NCBI RefSeq assembly: GCF_006345805.1
Contig: NC_043000.1
Span: 126,232,001-126,296,000, forward strand
Origin: Octopus sinensis
Lineage: Eukaryota
Direction: 5' to 3'
Length of the DNA: 64,000 nt
Shown: piece after piece, positions 37,601 to 47,225 of the stretch
Layout: every line of letters starts with the position of its first letter
How positions within the stretch are numbered: position 1 is the stretch's first letter
The notes under the pieces: generated by a model
What the model was told of the DNA's origin: nothing
The model's database searches: none
Seen by the model: only the letters and a program-made list of their open reading frames with translations
Program-made: the position numbers and the translations under genes

Positions 37601-40600
37601 CAAGACACTTTATTTCACATTGCTCCAGTTTACTCAGCTGGCAAAAATGAGTAGCACTTGTATTTCAAAAGGCTAGCCTTTTCCCACCTTGTGTCATGCC
37701 GAATTTCCCTGACAACTATGTTAAGGGCATGTGTGTCTGTGAAATACTCAGTCACTTGCACGTTAATTTCACAAGCAGGCTGCTTCATTGATTGGTTCAA
37801 CTGGAACCCTCATCATCGTAACCAGTTAATACTTACTTTGATGACCCCCCAAGAGGATTTGAAGTTAGTACATAAAATAGATCTAAATTCTTTACTCCAT
37901 GTGCAGTTGTCGTTAACATTGTCATTTAACATTTTCCATGCTGGCATGGATTGGATGCTTTGACAGGAACTGGTAAACCAGAGGACTACACCAAGCTCCA
38001 GTGTTTGCTTTGGTACGGTTTGCATGGTTGGTTATCCTTCCTAATACCAACCAGTTTACAAAGTGTAGTGGGTACTTTTTATGTGATACTGACAGTACAA
38101 AACCATTTCTGCTAGATAGCCACATCATTAAGTACAAACAGAGCTTAGTTGTGCAATTTTAATAATAATAATGATCCTTTCTACTATAGGTACAAGGCCT
38201 GAAATTTTGGGGGAGGGGACAAGTCAATTACATCAACCCCAGTGTTTCACTGGTACTTAATTTATCAACTCCAAAAGGAAGAAAGGCAAAGTCAAGCTCA
38301 GCAGAACTTGAACTCAGAACAAAGACGAATGAAATTTCATTAAGCATTTTGGCCTGCGTGCTAATGATTCTGCCAGCTCACCGCCTTTTTAAAAATAATA
38401 ATAATAATAATAATAAAGAATTTGTTAATATACTCTCTTTTACTCTTTTACTTGTTTCAGTCATTTGACTGCGGCCATGCTGGAGCACCGCCTTTAGTTG
38501 AGCAAATCAACCCCGGGACTTATTCTTTGTAAGCCCAGTACTTATTCTATCGGTCTTTTTTGCCGAACCGTTAAGTGATGGCGACGTAAACACACCAGCA
38601 TCAGTTGTCAAGCAATGCTAGGGGGACAAACACAGACACACAAACATACACACACATATATATATACGACGGGCTTCTTTCAGTTTCCGTCTACCAAATC
38701 CACTCACAAGGCTTTTGGTTGGCCCGAGGCTATAGTAGAAGACACTTGCCCAAGATGCCACGCAGTGGGAATGAACCCAGAACTATGTGGCTGGTAAGCA
38801 AGCTATTTACAACACAGCCACTCCTGAACCTAAATGCTATTAGCAAACAAAGGAGAATCCACATGTACAAACTTATTGAGATTTTAACAGTGCTGAGGCA
38901 AATGCTGGGGTGCTGTGTTGATTGAGAGGACTTTGTGAAGAATGCACTCCCACTTAGTGAAAGGGGTCTAGTCTTGTCTTGTGAGATTCTTGGCGACCTC
39001 ATTAGTGCCAACACATTGAAAACAAGCACACAGTGGTTGATGATGGGAAGCGTATCCCATGGGCACAGGAGTGGCTGTGTGGTAAGTAGCTTGTTTACCA
39101 ACCACATGGTTCCGGGTTCGGTCCCACTGTGTGGCACCTTGGGCAAGTGTCTTCTACTATAGCCTCGGGCCAACCAAAGCCTTGTGAGTGGATTTGGTAG
39201 ACGGAAACTGAAAAGAAGCCTGTCGTATATATGTTTATGTATATATATGTGTGTGTGTGTTTGTCCCCCTAGCATTGCTTGACAACCGATGCTGGTGTGT
39301 TTATGTCCCCGTTACTTAGCGGTTTGGCAAAAGAGAACCAATAGAATAAGTACTGGGCTTACAAAAGAATAAGTCCCAGGGTCGAGTTGCTCGATTAAAG
39401 GCAGTGCTCCAGTATGGCCACAGTCAAATGACTGAAACAAGTAAAAGAGTAAATAAAGTAATTGTAGAAACCATGCTGAAGCAAACGTTGAAGTTCAGTG
39501 CAGTCCTCTAGCTCATCAGCTCCTGTCAAATTATCTAACTCATGCTTGCATGGAAGACAGGCATTAAATGATGATGATGACACACAGACTGACTGTTATA
39601 AGCAATTTACTTTAGTATGGACAGAAAATCTTATATTTTATTAAGCAGCAGATATTATTTGTCATCATTGTAAGTATTTTTATGAAACATACTATCTTTC
39701 TCCTCATCCATTCAGCACAGATACAGTGGTATATCTCTACAAGCTACTCAAATCAATGAGAGAGCTTCTACATGGTCATGCAACTTGCTAGAAATAGCAG
39801 CCAAATATCTTCAAAATTAAAAACTATTACTACTATTATTATAAAAGGAACAACACTTTTGTCCAATGTAGTCCCAGTTAAGCTATATCTGAAGACAGGA
39901 TGGTCATCATTGGAAAACTTTTGATTATAGGTAAGTTTGAATATGGTTAACTTGGGCTTCAACAACACAGTATAAATAGATTCACTATTTACCCAGGAGA
40001 AAGACCACTATACCTGCCCCCAGTATGCATTAAAAATATTATATCAAGTTTCTATTGAATCACTCAAGCGTGGAAGAGCTATTGTTGTTAATATCAAAAA
40101 CTCTGATCTTACATTACAAATATTATACAGGCATTTAGTTACACCCAGTAATAAGAAGACATGAGCTTAAAATGCAAAACTTACAAGTTGAGGTATAGGA
40201 GTCATTCTTCTGTGATATGTAGACAGTATAGCTTTTATCATGTTTTGAAGTTGACCTGTAAATGAAAAAAGAGTCTAACTATTACAGAATAAAATTAGAT
40301 AGAGCAAGTTAGTATTAAAGCAAGCTATTATCAACTAATGACATAGTTTGAACCATGTATTTCAAGTAACACAACACAACTAATTTGAAAATGTGGTTAT
40401 TTATTTCTTGTCTTAAGAATGTAAGGCTGTGCACCTAACATACAAAATGTAATTAATATGTCATATTAAATAATTTGATTGGTAATTTTCACTCTCACTC
40501 TCCATATATATATATAGGCACAGGAGTGGCTGTATGGTAAGTAGCTTGTTTACCAACCACATGGTTCCGGGTTCGGTCCCACTGCGTGGCACCTTGGGCA

Positions 40601-41284
40601 AGTGTCTTCTACTATAGCCTCGGGCCGACCAAAGCCTTGTGAGTGGATTTGGTAGACGGAAACTATAAGAAGCCCGTCGTATATATGTATATATATGCGT
40701 GTGTGTGTTTGTGTGTCTGTTTGTCCCCCTAGCATTGCTTGACAGCCGATGCTGGTGTGTTTATGTCCCCGTTACTTAGCGGTTCGGCAAAAGAGACCGA
40801 TAGAATAAGTACTGGGCTTACAAAAGAATAAGTCCCGGGGTTGAGTTGCTTGATTAAAGGCGGTGCTCCAGCATGTCCGCAGTCAAAAGACTGAAACAAG
40901 TAAAAGAGTATATATATATCAACATTGTCATAATGCTTATTTTTCCATAGTTGCAGGGGTTGGACAGAATTCAACTCCCACCTCTTTCCAAGCAAGGTAA
41001 TATTTCACCTTGGCCAGACATGTTTTCATGGAAGATTAGAAATGAATGGTATTGCCTATATTATATTTATATATATATGGTTTTTGTTAAGCAGCATAAA
41101 TTTTTACAATTCTGTAAATAATAATAATAGTATTTTATAAGCTTATAAGCGATCACCGTGCAATGACTAAAGAAAATAGTCTAATAATGGGGCATATAAG
41201 CCCTTGACAGAAAAAGTAAGTTTTCCTGTACACGTGGGACTCGAACCCACACTTCTTTGTTTTTGCAACAAGAATGCTACATAT

Positions 41285-41333
<49 letters not shown>

Positions 41334-44300
41334 AAGAGATAGATAGATAGAGAGAGGGAGGGAGAGAGAGAGAAAGACACACACACATGATGGGCTTCTT
41401 TCAGTTTCTGTCTCTAACAAATCTACTCTCAAGGCTTTGGTTGAGCTGGGTCTGTAGTCAAGGATACTTGCCCAAGGTACCATGCAGTGGGACTGAACCT
41501 GAAACCTTGTGGTCACAAAGCAAACTTCATAATTTCTAACAGTTGCACAAAGCCATGAAATATTCTGAGAGAAGTACAGTTGAATGAAATGACACCCAGT
41601 ATTTAGCTAGTACTTTATTTTGTTGATCCCAGAAAAAAATATAGACAAAAAGAACCCCCAGGATACTTTATACTCACTTTATAGAGAGACATAATTAAAT
41701 AGCACAAGGTATATTTTCTGTCCCTCTACTTTCAAATATGCTTGCAGTAGATTTTTATACTCCTCCTCACTGCCGCCGTGACCATCACCACCAGCAATAT
41801 AATTTTATGTTCACTTCTCATGTTGGCATGGGCTGCACTGGTCAACATGATCTGAATCAGTTCTTATTTGTTGTTAATGTCTTCCTAGGTGAGTTGGATG
41901 GCTATGTTTCAACCATGCATTTCATTTTTGGCATGGCCTCTAACACTAGATGTCCTTCATACCACCAATCACTTTACAGCATGTACTGAGTGTATTCTAT
42001 TAGCATCAGAAGTTGTTATATCCTCAACAAGACAGGACTGAAGGGTCTTCTTGGCCCCACATTTTTTCCATTTGTTCCACAGCCACTTCATAAAGTGTAC
42101 AGGGTGCATTTTATTCTGACACCAGCCCTTAAGACAAAACAGTCCTCATTGCTCAATGCTGTCACTCGACCAATGGATTGAGGAGAAAAAGTGTTTGTAG
42201 AAAATAAAGTCAGGTGAGATAGAAAGAAGAGAAAATAAAAGTGAGTGGTGTAACAGTATGGAAGAGGAGGGAGAAATGAGAGAAACAGCGATAGCAGAGG
42301 TCATTGAGGAAAGATACCAATGGAAGTGAAATGTTTGCTGACAAGAGAGAAGTAAGAGCAAGTGATAGATAGTTATGGAAATGCTTGGAAGTAAAAGAGT
42401 GCCATGGATGTCAACAATGAGAGGCTGAGGTGGGTAGTGAGGTGGCCAGAAGTATAGAAAGAGGGATGTTTGTTGATAAGAATTTTGATCAACAAGTGCA
42501 GGAGAAACAAAACAAATAGAAAAAATGCTTACCAAAAAAATAGATTAACGCTTGAAGCAATAGGTTTCCATTTCCTTCCACCGTCACTTGAAAGATGGAG
42601 TTGCTGAAAGAAATTATGAACAAGCTTTAAAAGCAATCTTTGTTTTTTTATATTTCTCCCTCTCTTGTTTATACACACACCAGAGTTGATATGAAGTATA
42701 TGAAAGTAAACCTTTTAGACCGATCACAAAATACAGTTCTCTTTACTGAATACATTTCTACCTGCATCATCTCAACTTACTATAACTGGGTCTAGCCTAA
42801 TTAAATTTCTCCCCATATCTTTACTGTACATCCCACCACTGACTCTCAACATTTCTTCACCAAGCATATTCCATCTGTATTACATATCAGTATTGTCCTT
42901 TTACTGTAAGTGGAAACCACGACAGCAGCTAACTTTCTTTTCTGTTTACAAAGTGCAAATCATCATCATTTAGCATCCGTTTTCCATGTTGGCATGGATA
43001 AGATGGTTTGACTGGAGCTGGTAAGGTGGAGAGCTGTGCCAAGCTCCAGTTTGTTTTGGTTTAGTTTCTACAGCTGGATGCCCATTCCAAACTCCAACCA
43101 CTCCACAGAGTGTACTGTGCGTCTTTTATGCATCACCGGCAACGGTACCTGTTACACATCAGCATGGGTGCCTTTTATGTGTCGCCAGCACAGGTGCCTT
43201 TCATGTGCCACTGACATGGGAGCCTTTTACGTGTCACTAGCACAAATACCATTTATGTCACTGGCACAGGTGCCTTTTACATTTCACCAGCATGGGTGCC
43301 TTTCATATATCATTAGCACTGGCCACAACTATGATTTCACTTAGCTTGATGTATTGGGAATTAGAATATATTAGGACAGTACACTAACCATAAACCACGG
43401 ACACTTGGGTTCACCCTCTTCATCTCACTTATATTAATTCTATACAGAGATAATTTGCCTAATTAGTATTTTCCAGATCTGAGTGTCTCTGGGACACCCA
43501 TCTGGCCCACATTTTTATCTCCAGTCAATAATCTGCAACAATTCAAATCTGAGATTAACTTACACTGACTGTAACCAATTAAGTTGATCCTGTTCCATCC
43601 AAAAGAACTGCCTTTTCTTCATTAACTAATAATATAAGTTTGTTCCTTTGCAACACACATTACTTTACCTTTTGATGAAGAAACCAAGAAGAGGAGGTGA
43701 GTACTTGGAACATTAAAAAGGAAATTCTGAGACTAGCTATACTAAATACTGATTGAGTAATAAAAATAGATGGTCCAATAATATAATTCAATGAATAACA
43801 ATGAAACTCTTTAATAAGAGACAAGTAGAAATAGAAAATAAATACCAGTACCTCTTATGGGATGGAATTGAATGTTCCAGCTAAACTAATGCATAATCAT
43901 AAACTGACTCTTACATACCTTTTTCTCAGACTCTCTAGTCAGTATGTGGTTTTCACTGATGTCATTAAATACCAATGAACCATCCAGGTTAAAATTCAAT
44001 GGTGCTTTTGTAAAACTCTTGCCACCATCTTCAGTGATAAATAAGTTAGAGTAGGTAATAACATAGATCTGAAATAAGAAAGAAGAAGTTCCATAGTGTT
44101 AAATTTATATATCTTATAGTAGCAGCGGGAAAGAGAAACAGTAGAGTGCAAAAGAAGAGAGCGAATAAATGTTAGAAAAAAGAAAGTGGTGAAAGAGAGA
44201 AAACTATATGCAAAAGGGTAGGAATATCACCTTTTTCACATTGGACTTATGGTGCTGCAAACCATTGAGCTTTCTGATAATATCATTTTCCAACAACGAA

Positions 44301-47225
44301 CTAATCTCTTTAAAATTTCCTCCAAAAGTGTCACTGTAAATTAAATTTAACAAGTAGCAGTTAGAGACAAGTTAAAACAGAAAACTTTCTATCAACAAGA
44401 TACACACATATATCTAATATCAAACAACTATATATACTGTATTTTACTTGTGTATAAGTCACATCCCCAACTTAGTGTTAAATCCTAGTACAAAAAGTTT
44501 TTCCTTCATGTATAGGACCCCAGTTTTTTCCAGTTAAAATCAAGTATAAAATAATGCAACTTATACACAAGTAAATACAGTATAGCTTATGGCATTGAAA
44601 TAGCAGCTAGCATTGAAAAATTTCCTCATTAACAAATATTGGTTTCAAATTTTTGGTAAAAGGCCAGCAATTTCAAGGGAGGGGTTAAGTCAATTACATC
44701 AACCCCAGTGCTCAACTGGTACTTATTTTATTGACCCCAAAAGGATGAAAGGCAAAGTCAACCTCAGCAGAATTTGAACTCAGAACAAAAAGATAGATGA
44801 AATGTTGCTAAGCATTTTAACCAGCATGCTAACAATTCTGCCAGCTCACCATCTTCTCTTGTTAATAAATATTAAGAAATTAAATACAAAATGTTTCAAT
44901 TTGTATACTATATAGGAACTCCAAGGTAATGAATAGACCTTTTTAAAACAGTGGTTCAACTTGCATCAATACTTGGTGTTAAGAAAAGAAGATATACAAA
45001 TAGTCATATGGTGAATCCTCCATGGACATTCAAACACAAAGATTATGTGCTAAGTCATGGTTTCATGGGAGAAAAACTGAAAGACAAAGTAAGCTGAACT
45101 ATTTGCATGTCTTGCTGATATTGACTTGACTTTTTATCTCTCATCAGTTAATGAGATAAACACCAGCTTGTAAACTGTGGAAGGCTGTCAAAATTTAAAC
45201 TAAATCAAGTATCTATGATAAACAATTCAGTCTCAAGCTTAAAAGCCATAAGGCTCAATATGGCATGCAGCTGATTAAGAATTACAAAAATTTTCATAGA
45301 ATAACAATACAGACCAGTAAAAGAATTCAGCAATTGCGTCTTTATTCAGCCATCTTTCTAAATATTTTTTCATTCAACAAAAATTTAGACAAAATCAAAC
45401 AGGCTTTAAGTGTAAAGATTATCTTTACACTTAAAGCCTGTTTTGTTTTAACAATTAATATTTTCCTTCCTATTTGTAAATAGAATGTGTATTGTTAAAC
45501 TCTTTTGTTATTGTTGTGGGATACTTAAAGTTCTGGTTAAACAAACCACTGCCATAGGTCTACAGAAGGAAATACTTATGACTGACAAGCCTAGTAGGGT
45601 GAACACATTGAAATAAATGTTTGAAACTATTTATCTTAATGACTTTAAGGAGAAAGAGATAAATGGTTATCAAAATCATCATAATTGTTTTTATGTCCAC
45701 CACTTCATGCTTGCATGGATTGGAGTCTAGTATATTGAAGCAGATTTCTGCTGTCAAATGTCTTTCTTGTTGCCAGTTCTTACCGGTTACTAAGTCAAAT
45801 AACATTTCCCTATGGCATGATATGTTTACACAGACAATTGGAAACGAATGATACTGAAAACCATTTACAACTATCATGCAATGTCAAGACAAGGAGACAC
45901 AAACACACATCTACATACATATGTGACAGGCTTCTTTCAGTTTCTGTCTATCAAATCCACTCACGAGGGGCTTTAGTTGGCCCAGAGTCATAGTAGAAGA
46001 TACATGCCCAAGATATGCAGAAGAACTGAACTTGAAACTATGTGATTGAGAAGCAAACGTCTTAGCCACACAGCCATGTCTGCACCAACCTGCTCATAAT
46101 TAATCTTGTCCAGTCTAGATAAATAACTGATCACGAAGGCATTGCTCTTCTTTAAACAATATTCAACAATGATATTACTGGGAATATACTGATCAGTATA
46201 ATGAACATTTTTTAAGAAATAGAGTCAGTAGAGTAAAGAGAAACAGATCATAGTCTTAGTCAACAAAAACTGCAGCCATAGCTCTTGTTACATGAAAAAG
46301 AAGCTAGAAATAAAATACTTTTGAATTAATTTCTTTGTTGAATATCTGTTTTCCCATAGGTTGGCTGGGAATGTTATTGAGGCAGAATTTTTAGCTGAAT
46401 GCTCTTCCTGTCAATAATCCTGACCTGTTTTTCAGAGTGATTAGTCATAATTTTCTTTCATGCTAGCATGGAAAACAGACGTTAAACGATGATGATGATG
46501 ATGATGTAGGCACAAGGCTTGTAATTTTGTGGGAAGAGGTTAGTCAATATTATTGACACTAGTGCTTGACTGGTACTTATTTCATTGACTCCAAAAGGTT
46601 GAAAAGCAAAGTCAACCTCTGCAGAGGTTTGAACTCAAACGTAAAATGCCACTAAACATTTTGCCTGAGGTTCTAACAATTCTGCCAGCTCACTACACAA
46701 CATTAACTAGGAATGTAAACATATCACAGTTTCTCTCAAGTAAAGCCATGGGATGTCAACATTTTATGCACCATCATCACCATTTGACATCTGGCTTTTA
46801 TGCTGATAGGGGTTGCACCATTTGATAGGGTCTGATAGAGACAGAGGACTGTGTCATGCACCAGTTTCTTCTTTCACATAGTTTCTACACTTGGATGCCT
46901 TTCCAAACACCAACCATTTTACAGAGTGTACTGGGTGATTGTCTTTCAAGGCACCAACACGAGTCATGATCACCTAAAGCCCTAAAGTGATGCCTACAGT
47001 TGAGAGAGTTATTCACAAATACAGAGAGAGAGAGAGAGAGAGACTATGTAAAACATAAACATATGGCAATTACTTTACATTATTAACTCATTGGAATTTC
47101 ACAACAATGTTACAGAGCACACACAAATCAATATAAAATTAAAAAATGAAGTTGCTTTATTACCTTCTATAAAGATTTGATGAAGCTTTCATTTCTCTAG
47201 GACTTGTCATAGCAACTAAAATAAC
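1159..47225 (-). CDS. SORT1: Sortilin (VPS10-domain type I membrane receptor), 19 coding exons in window, 5' end missing
   Basis: Exons joined by hand sum to 2109 nt (702 aa + stop) with GT-AG ends and matching phases. Translation follows vertebrate sortilin throughout ([46 protein letters not shown]). Confidence 0.95.
1721..1942 (+). mobile_element. RTE-tail retroposon (family B), (GAT)n end
   Basis: gagtggttg.cgttaggaagg.catccagctgtagaaac...acccatgc.agcatgg...gatgatga, same as the 3' end of the RTE at 56770-56930. Confidence 0.8.
2538..2652 (-). CDS. SORT1: Sortilin exon w18 (115 nt), cytoplasmic tail: [38 protein letters not shown]
   Basis: ttttcag acceptor, gtaaga donor; phase 2 to 0; YSLL motif and acidic cluster. 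Confidence 0.93.
2790..3100 (+). mobile_element. RTE-tail retroposon (family B)
   Basis: Same conserved tail. Confidence 0.75.
3825..4022 (-). mobile_element. SINE family C, degenerate
   Basis: Same body. Confidence 0.6.
4070..4490 (+). mobile_element. tRNA-derived SINE, family A (central microsatellite, gactgaaacaagtaaaagag tail), near full length
   Basis: Box A/B-like head ggctgtgtggtaag...ggttcagtccc; many copies in window. Confidence 0.85.
4610..4734 (-). CDS. SORT1: Sortilin exon w17 (125 nt), transmembrane: [41 protein letters not shown](H)
   Basis: tttcag acceptor, gtaaga donor; phase 0 to 2; about 22-residue hydrophobic run then basic residues. Confidence 0.92.
5400..5672 (-). mobile_element. 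tRNA(Arg)-like-headed SINE
   Basis: Minus-strand head ggaggtgcaatggcccagtggttagggctgcggactcgcggtcgtaggatcatggtttcgattccc continues into a SINE body. Confidence 0.75.
5904..6012 (-). CDS. SORT1: Sortilin exon w16 (109 nt): [36 protein letters not shown]
   Basis: ttgcag acceptor, gtaagt donor; phase 2 to 0; [10 protein letters not shown]. Confidence 0.95.
6070..6428 (-). mobile_element. SINE family A
   Basis: Reverse complement of 4070-4490 pattern. Confidence 0.8.
6455..6661. mobile_element. TTAA-type MITE, truncated at the donor of exon w15
   Basis: Starts ttaatccttt; body matches the copy at 33896-34085, which continues into tgctaaag where this copy stops. Confidence 0.6.
6667..6777 (-). 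CDS. SORT1: Sortilin exon w15 (111 nt): [36 protein letters not shown](G)
   Basis: ttctag acceptor, gtaagt donor; phase 2 to 2; CDYGY motif. Confidence 0.93.
7520..7845 (+). mobile_element. RTE-tail retroposon (family B) with 59-bp tandem duplication of its end
   Basis: Unit starts at 7724 and 7783. Confidence 0.75.
8155..8412. repeat. Compound (TA)n/(CA)n microsatellite
   Basis: About 250 bp; the block catacacatatatgtatgtgtgtatg occurs twice; source of the YIYIYI ORFs. Confidence 0.95.
8412..8765 (-). mobile_element. RTE-tail retroposon (family B)
   Basis: Reverse-complement tail plus internal 50-60-bp units. Confidence 0.8.
8938..9012 (-). CDS. SORT1: Sortilin exon w14 (75 nt): [24 protein letters not shown](C)
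   Basis: ttgtag acceptor, gttagt donor; phase 2 to 2; C.NG..C.C..D..C. Confidence 0.93.
9938..10296 (-). mobile_element. SINE family A
   Basis: Head, microsatellite and tail present. Confidence 0.85.
11155..12230 (-). mobile_element. Internally deleted piggyBac element
   Basis: TTAA at 11151-54 and 12231-34; perfect 12-bp TIR CCCTTTCGTTAC; ORF 11569-11961 resembles the piggyBac transposase N-terminus (acidic/Ser run, [21 protein letters not shown]). Confidence 0.92.
12750..12870 (-). CDS. SORT1: Sortilin exon w13 (121 nt): [39 protein letters not shown](W)
   Basis: gttaag acceptor after pyrimidine tract, gtaaaa donor; phase 1 to 2; start of 10CC domain. Confidence 0.93.
13870..14270 (+). 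mobile_element. RTE-tail retroposon (family B) with internal tandem units
   Basis: Repeated ggcacgtaaaaagcacc modules before tail. Confidence 0.82.
14770..15186 (+). mobile_element. RTE-tail retroposon (family B variant) with about 40-bp tandem units
   Basis: ggctgagttcctttc.agtgttggg repeated at 14805-14930; conserved tail. Confidence 0.75.
15733..16006 (-). CDS. SORT1: Sortilin exon w12 (274 nt): [20 protein letters not shown]...FSTDEGHCW...[11 protein letters not shown](C)
   Basis: tttcag acceptor, gtgagt donor; phase 0 to 1. Confidence 0.96.
16511..16587 (-). CDS. SORT1: Sortilin exon w11 (77 nt): [25 protein letters not shown]
   Basis: ttttcag acceptor, gtaagt donor; phase 1 to 0; PDV..S.DGGY.W. 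Confidence 0.95.
17527..18080 (-). mobile_element. RTE-tail retroposon (family B variant)
   Basis: Tail plus repeated ggccatgactatgatttcactt modules. Confidence 0.7.
18229..19225 (+). mobile_element. SINE family A interrupted by an RTE 3'-UTR fragment (18376-18987)
   Basis: Head 18229-18375 and tail 18990-19225 match 4070-4490. Confidence 0.82.
19335..19440 (-). CDS. SORT1: Sortilin exon w10 (106 nt): [35 protein letters not shown](G)
   Basis: ttacag acceptor, gtaagt donor; phase 0 to 1; C.LH.H and PLS.P.AVG motifs. Confidence 0.95.
20155..20575 (-). mobile_element. RTE-tail retroposon (family B)
   Basis: Conserved tail and internal units. Confidence 0.8.
20938..21145 (-). mobile_element. 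SINE family C
   Basis: Same body. Confidence 0.75.
21424..21671 (-). CDS. SORT1: Sortilin exon w9 (248 nt): [26 protein letters not shown]...[23 protein letters not shown]
   Basis: cacacag acceptor, gtaaag donor; phase 1 to 0; highly conserved VPS10 core. Confidence 0.96.
21822..22765 (+). mobile_element. Composite non-autonomous Helitron (three 5' heads, one 3' end)
   Basis: A^TCTATATATAT heads at 21822, 22320, 22426; degenerate hairpin and CTAG^T at 22762-65. Confidence 0.7.
22848..23307 (+). mobile_element. RTE 3'-UTR fragment (family B)
   Basis: Matches 18376-18987 and the RTE 3' UTR pattern. Confidence 0.8.
23394..23579. mobile_element. Tc1/mariner-type MITE
   Basis: TIR ctttatttgtgagttaac / gttaactcacaaataaag, plus inner inverted repeat accattggtttcat / atgaaaccaatggt. 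Confidence 0.75.
23709..23759 (-). ncRNA. Type I hammerhead ribozyme motif (left arm of palindrome, on pre-mRNA strand)
   Basis: Exact reverse complement of the 23756-23806 motif. Confidence 0.7.
23756..23806 (+). ncRNA. Type I hammerhead ribozyme motif (right arm of palindrome)
   Basis: AGCTTC-CTGATGA-TTTC-ATTT-GAAT-GAAA-CAG-TTCTAGTC-CTG-TA-GAAGCT: stem I 6 bp, stem III ACAG/CTGT, GUA triplet; U-U mismatch at base of stem II. Confidence 0.7.
24522..25613 (-). mobile_element. 5'-truncated CR1/L2-group LINE (RT C-terminus, 3' UTR, (ATT)n tail)
   Basis: Open 304-aa frame with [21 protein letters not shown]; tail at 24522-24550. Confidence 0.93.
25661..26188. mobile_element. Same MITE family as 44437-44580, inverted, split by an RTE-tail insertion and hit by Tc1 in its right TIR
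   Basis: 25661-25769 plus 26153-26186 join to match the reverse complement of 44437-44580. Confidence 0.75.
25770..26152 (+). mobile_element. RTE-tail retroposon (family B) with three near-perfect 61-62-bp units, nested in a MITE
   Basis: caccatccgagcgtggccgttcgccagcctcgtctggcacctgtgtcggtggcacataaaa repeated. Confidence 0.85.
26189..27422 (+). mobile_element. Decayed Tc1/mariner (DD34E) transposon, right TIR truncated
   Basis: TA + caggagttggacaaaataatgggaacacct left TIR; frameshifted transposase 26378-27395 ([34 protein letters not shown]). Confidence 0.93.
27428..27488 (-). CDS. SORT1: Sortilin exon w8 (61 nt): [20 protein letters not shown]
   Basis: ttttcag acceptor, gtaagc donor; phase 0 to 1; matches FYSIL...VFMHVDEPG. 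Confidence 0.93.
27897..28170 (-). mobile_element. RTE-tail retroposon (family B variant)
   Basis: Degenerate tail. Confidence 0.65.
28385..28468 (-). CDS. SORT1: Sortilin exon w7 (84 nt): [28 protein letters not shown]
   Basis: ctgaag acceptor after T-rich tract, gtaagt donor; phase 0 to 0; Asp-box SSDGGITW. Confidence 0.93.
28883..31267 (+). mobile_element. Non-autonomous Helitron, about 2.4 kb
   Basis: TC-tatatctataaa head with TG-rich subterminal tract; 3' hairpin actagcact-agacccgg-caaca-ctgggtcat-agtgctagt ending CTAG followed by T. Confidence 0.7.
31605..32028 (-). mobile_element. Hammerhead-bearing non-coding element, 349-bp unit with 75-bp terminal direct repeat (retrozyme / Penelope pLTR-like)
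   Basis: 31605-31679 repeated at 31954-32028 (5 mismatches); hammerhead between them; no ORF. Confidence 0.6.
31769..31807 (-). ncRNA. Minimal type I hammerhead ribozyme motif, intact core
   Basis: Minus strand CAGA-CTGATGA-CGAG-CAAAGA-CTCA-GAAA-C-TA-GTC-TCTG: stem I CAGA/TCTG, stem II GAG/CTC, palindromic stem III ACTAGT; predicted cut after GUC (31773/31772). Confidence 0.75.
32507..32890 (-). mobile_element. RTE-tail retroposon (family B)
   Basis: Close match to 8412-8765 and 53683-53958. Confidence 0.82.
33896..34085. mobile_element. TTAA-type MITE (same family as 6455-6661)
   Basis: ttaatccttttgcattcagatta ... gtctaaatgctaaag. Confidence 0.6.
34560..34806 (+). mobile_element. RTE-tail retroposon (family B)
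   Basis: Conserved tail. Confidence 0.82.
35138..35512 (-). mobile_element. SINE family A
   Basis: Degenerate full-length copy. Confidence 0.75.
36236..36430 (-). mobile_element. RTE-tail retroposon (family B)
   Basis: Conserved tail. Confidence 0.78.
36725..36944 (-). mobile_element. tRNA-derived SINE family C with 16-bp target-site duplication
   Basis: aacaagacaacattct at 36709-24 and 36945-60; head ggcggtcagctgacagaatc...gagttcaaattc. Confidence 0.85.
37092..37137 (-). pseudogene. Decayed duplicate of sortilin exon w5 (pseudo-exon)
   Basis: Intron 36997-37091 aligns without gaps to 40090-40184 (11 mismatches in 95 nt); exon relic keeps aacatgataa, an AG and a GT. Confidence 0.65.
37169..37299 (-). 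CDS. SORT1: Sortilin exon w6 (131 nt): [43 protein letters not shown]
   Basis: ttaacag acceptor, gtgagt donor; phase 1 to 0; SFG..G.FIYA motif. Confidence 0.93.
37515..37830 (+). mobile_element. tRNA-derived SINE (related partial copies at 7870-8070 and 24098-24270)
   Basis: gcatggcctagtagttaggg...gagttcaatt head, ccttgagcaagacacttt body. Confidence 0.7.
38160..38386 (-). mobile_element. SINE family C
   Basis: Same head and body; (ATT)n tail. Confidence 0.8.
38432..38826 (-). mobile_element. SINE family A
   Basis: Full-length; inverted relative to the copy at 39062, about 235 bp away. Confidence 0.85.
39062..39454 (+). mobile_element. SINE family A
   Basis: Full-length copy. Confidence 0.85.
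40185..40255 (-). CDS. SORT1: Sortilin exon w5 (71 nt): [23 protein letters not shown]
   Basis: tttacag acceptor, gtaagt donor; phase 2 to 1 is exactly what links w4 to w6; sequence itself is weakly conserved. Confidence 0.8.
40517..40909 (+). mobile_element. SINE family A
   Basis: Full-length copy. Confidence 0.85.
41780..42180 (-). mobile_element. Old, highly degenerate RTE 3' fragment
   Basis: Minus-strand remnants RWYEGH and PRKT followed by an cccatgccaacatg tail-like motif. Confidence 0.4.
42533..42603 (-). CDS. SORT1: Sortilin exon w4 (71 nt): [23 protein letters not shown](W)
   Basis: tttcag acceptor, gtaagc donor; phase 0 to 2; Asp-box SSDGGRKW. Confidence 0.92.
42958..43345 (-). 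mobile_element. RTE-tail retroposon (family B) with about 7 degenerate 25-bp units
   Basis: gtgccttttatgtgtc.cc.gca repeated at 43160-43320. Confidence 0.75.
43919..44068 (-). CDS. SORT1: Sortilin exon w3 (150 nt): [19 protein letters not shown]...TRESEKK
   Basis: tttcag acceptor, gtatgt donor; phase 0 to 0; Asp-box TEDGGKSF. Confidence 0.92.
44231..44333 (-). CDS. SORT1: Sortilin exon w2 (103 nt): [34 protein letters not shown]
   Basis: ttacag acceptor, gtgata donor; phase 2 to 0; Asp-box-like SDTFGGNF. Confidence 0.9.
44437..44580. mobile_element. Tc1/pogo-type MITE with TA target duplication
   Basis: TA-ctgtattttacttgtgtataagt ... acttatacacaagtaaatacag-TA. Confidence 0.8.
44635..44853 (-). 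mobile_element. SINE family C
   Basis: Same body. Confidence 0.75.
46505..46695 (-). mobile_element. SINE family C
   Basis: Same body. Confidence 0.7.
47164..47225 (-). CDS. SORT1: Sortilin exon w1 (62 nt): [20 protein letters not shown](S)
   Basis: ttttattag acceptor, gtaata donor; phase 0 to 2; resembles human VILVLTT...SKLYRS. Confidence 0.9.
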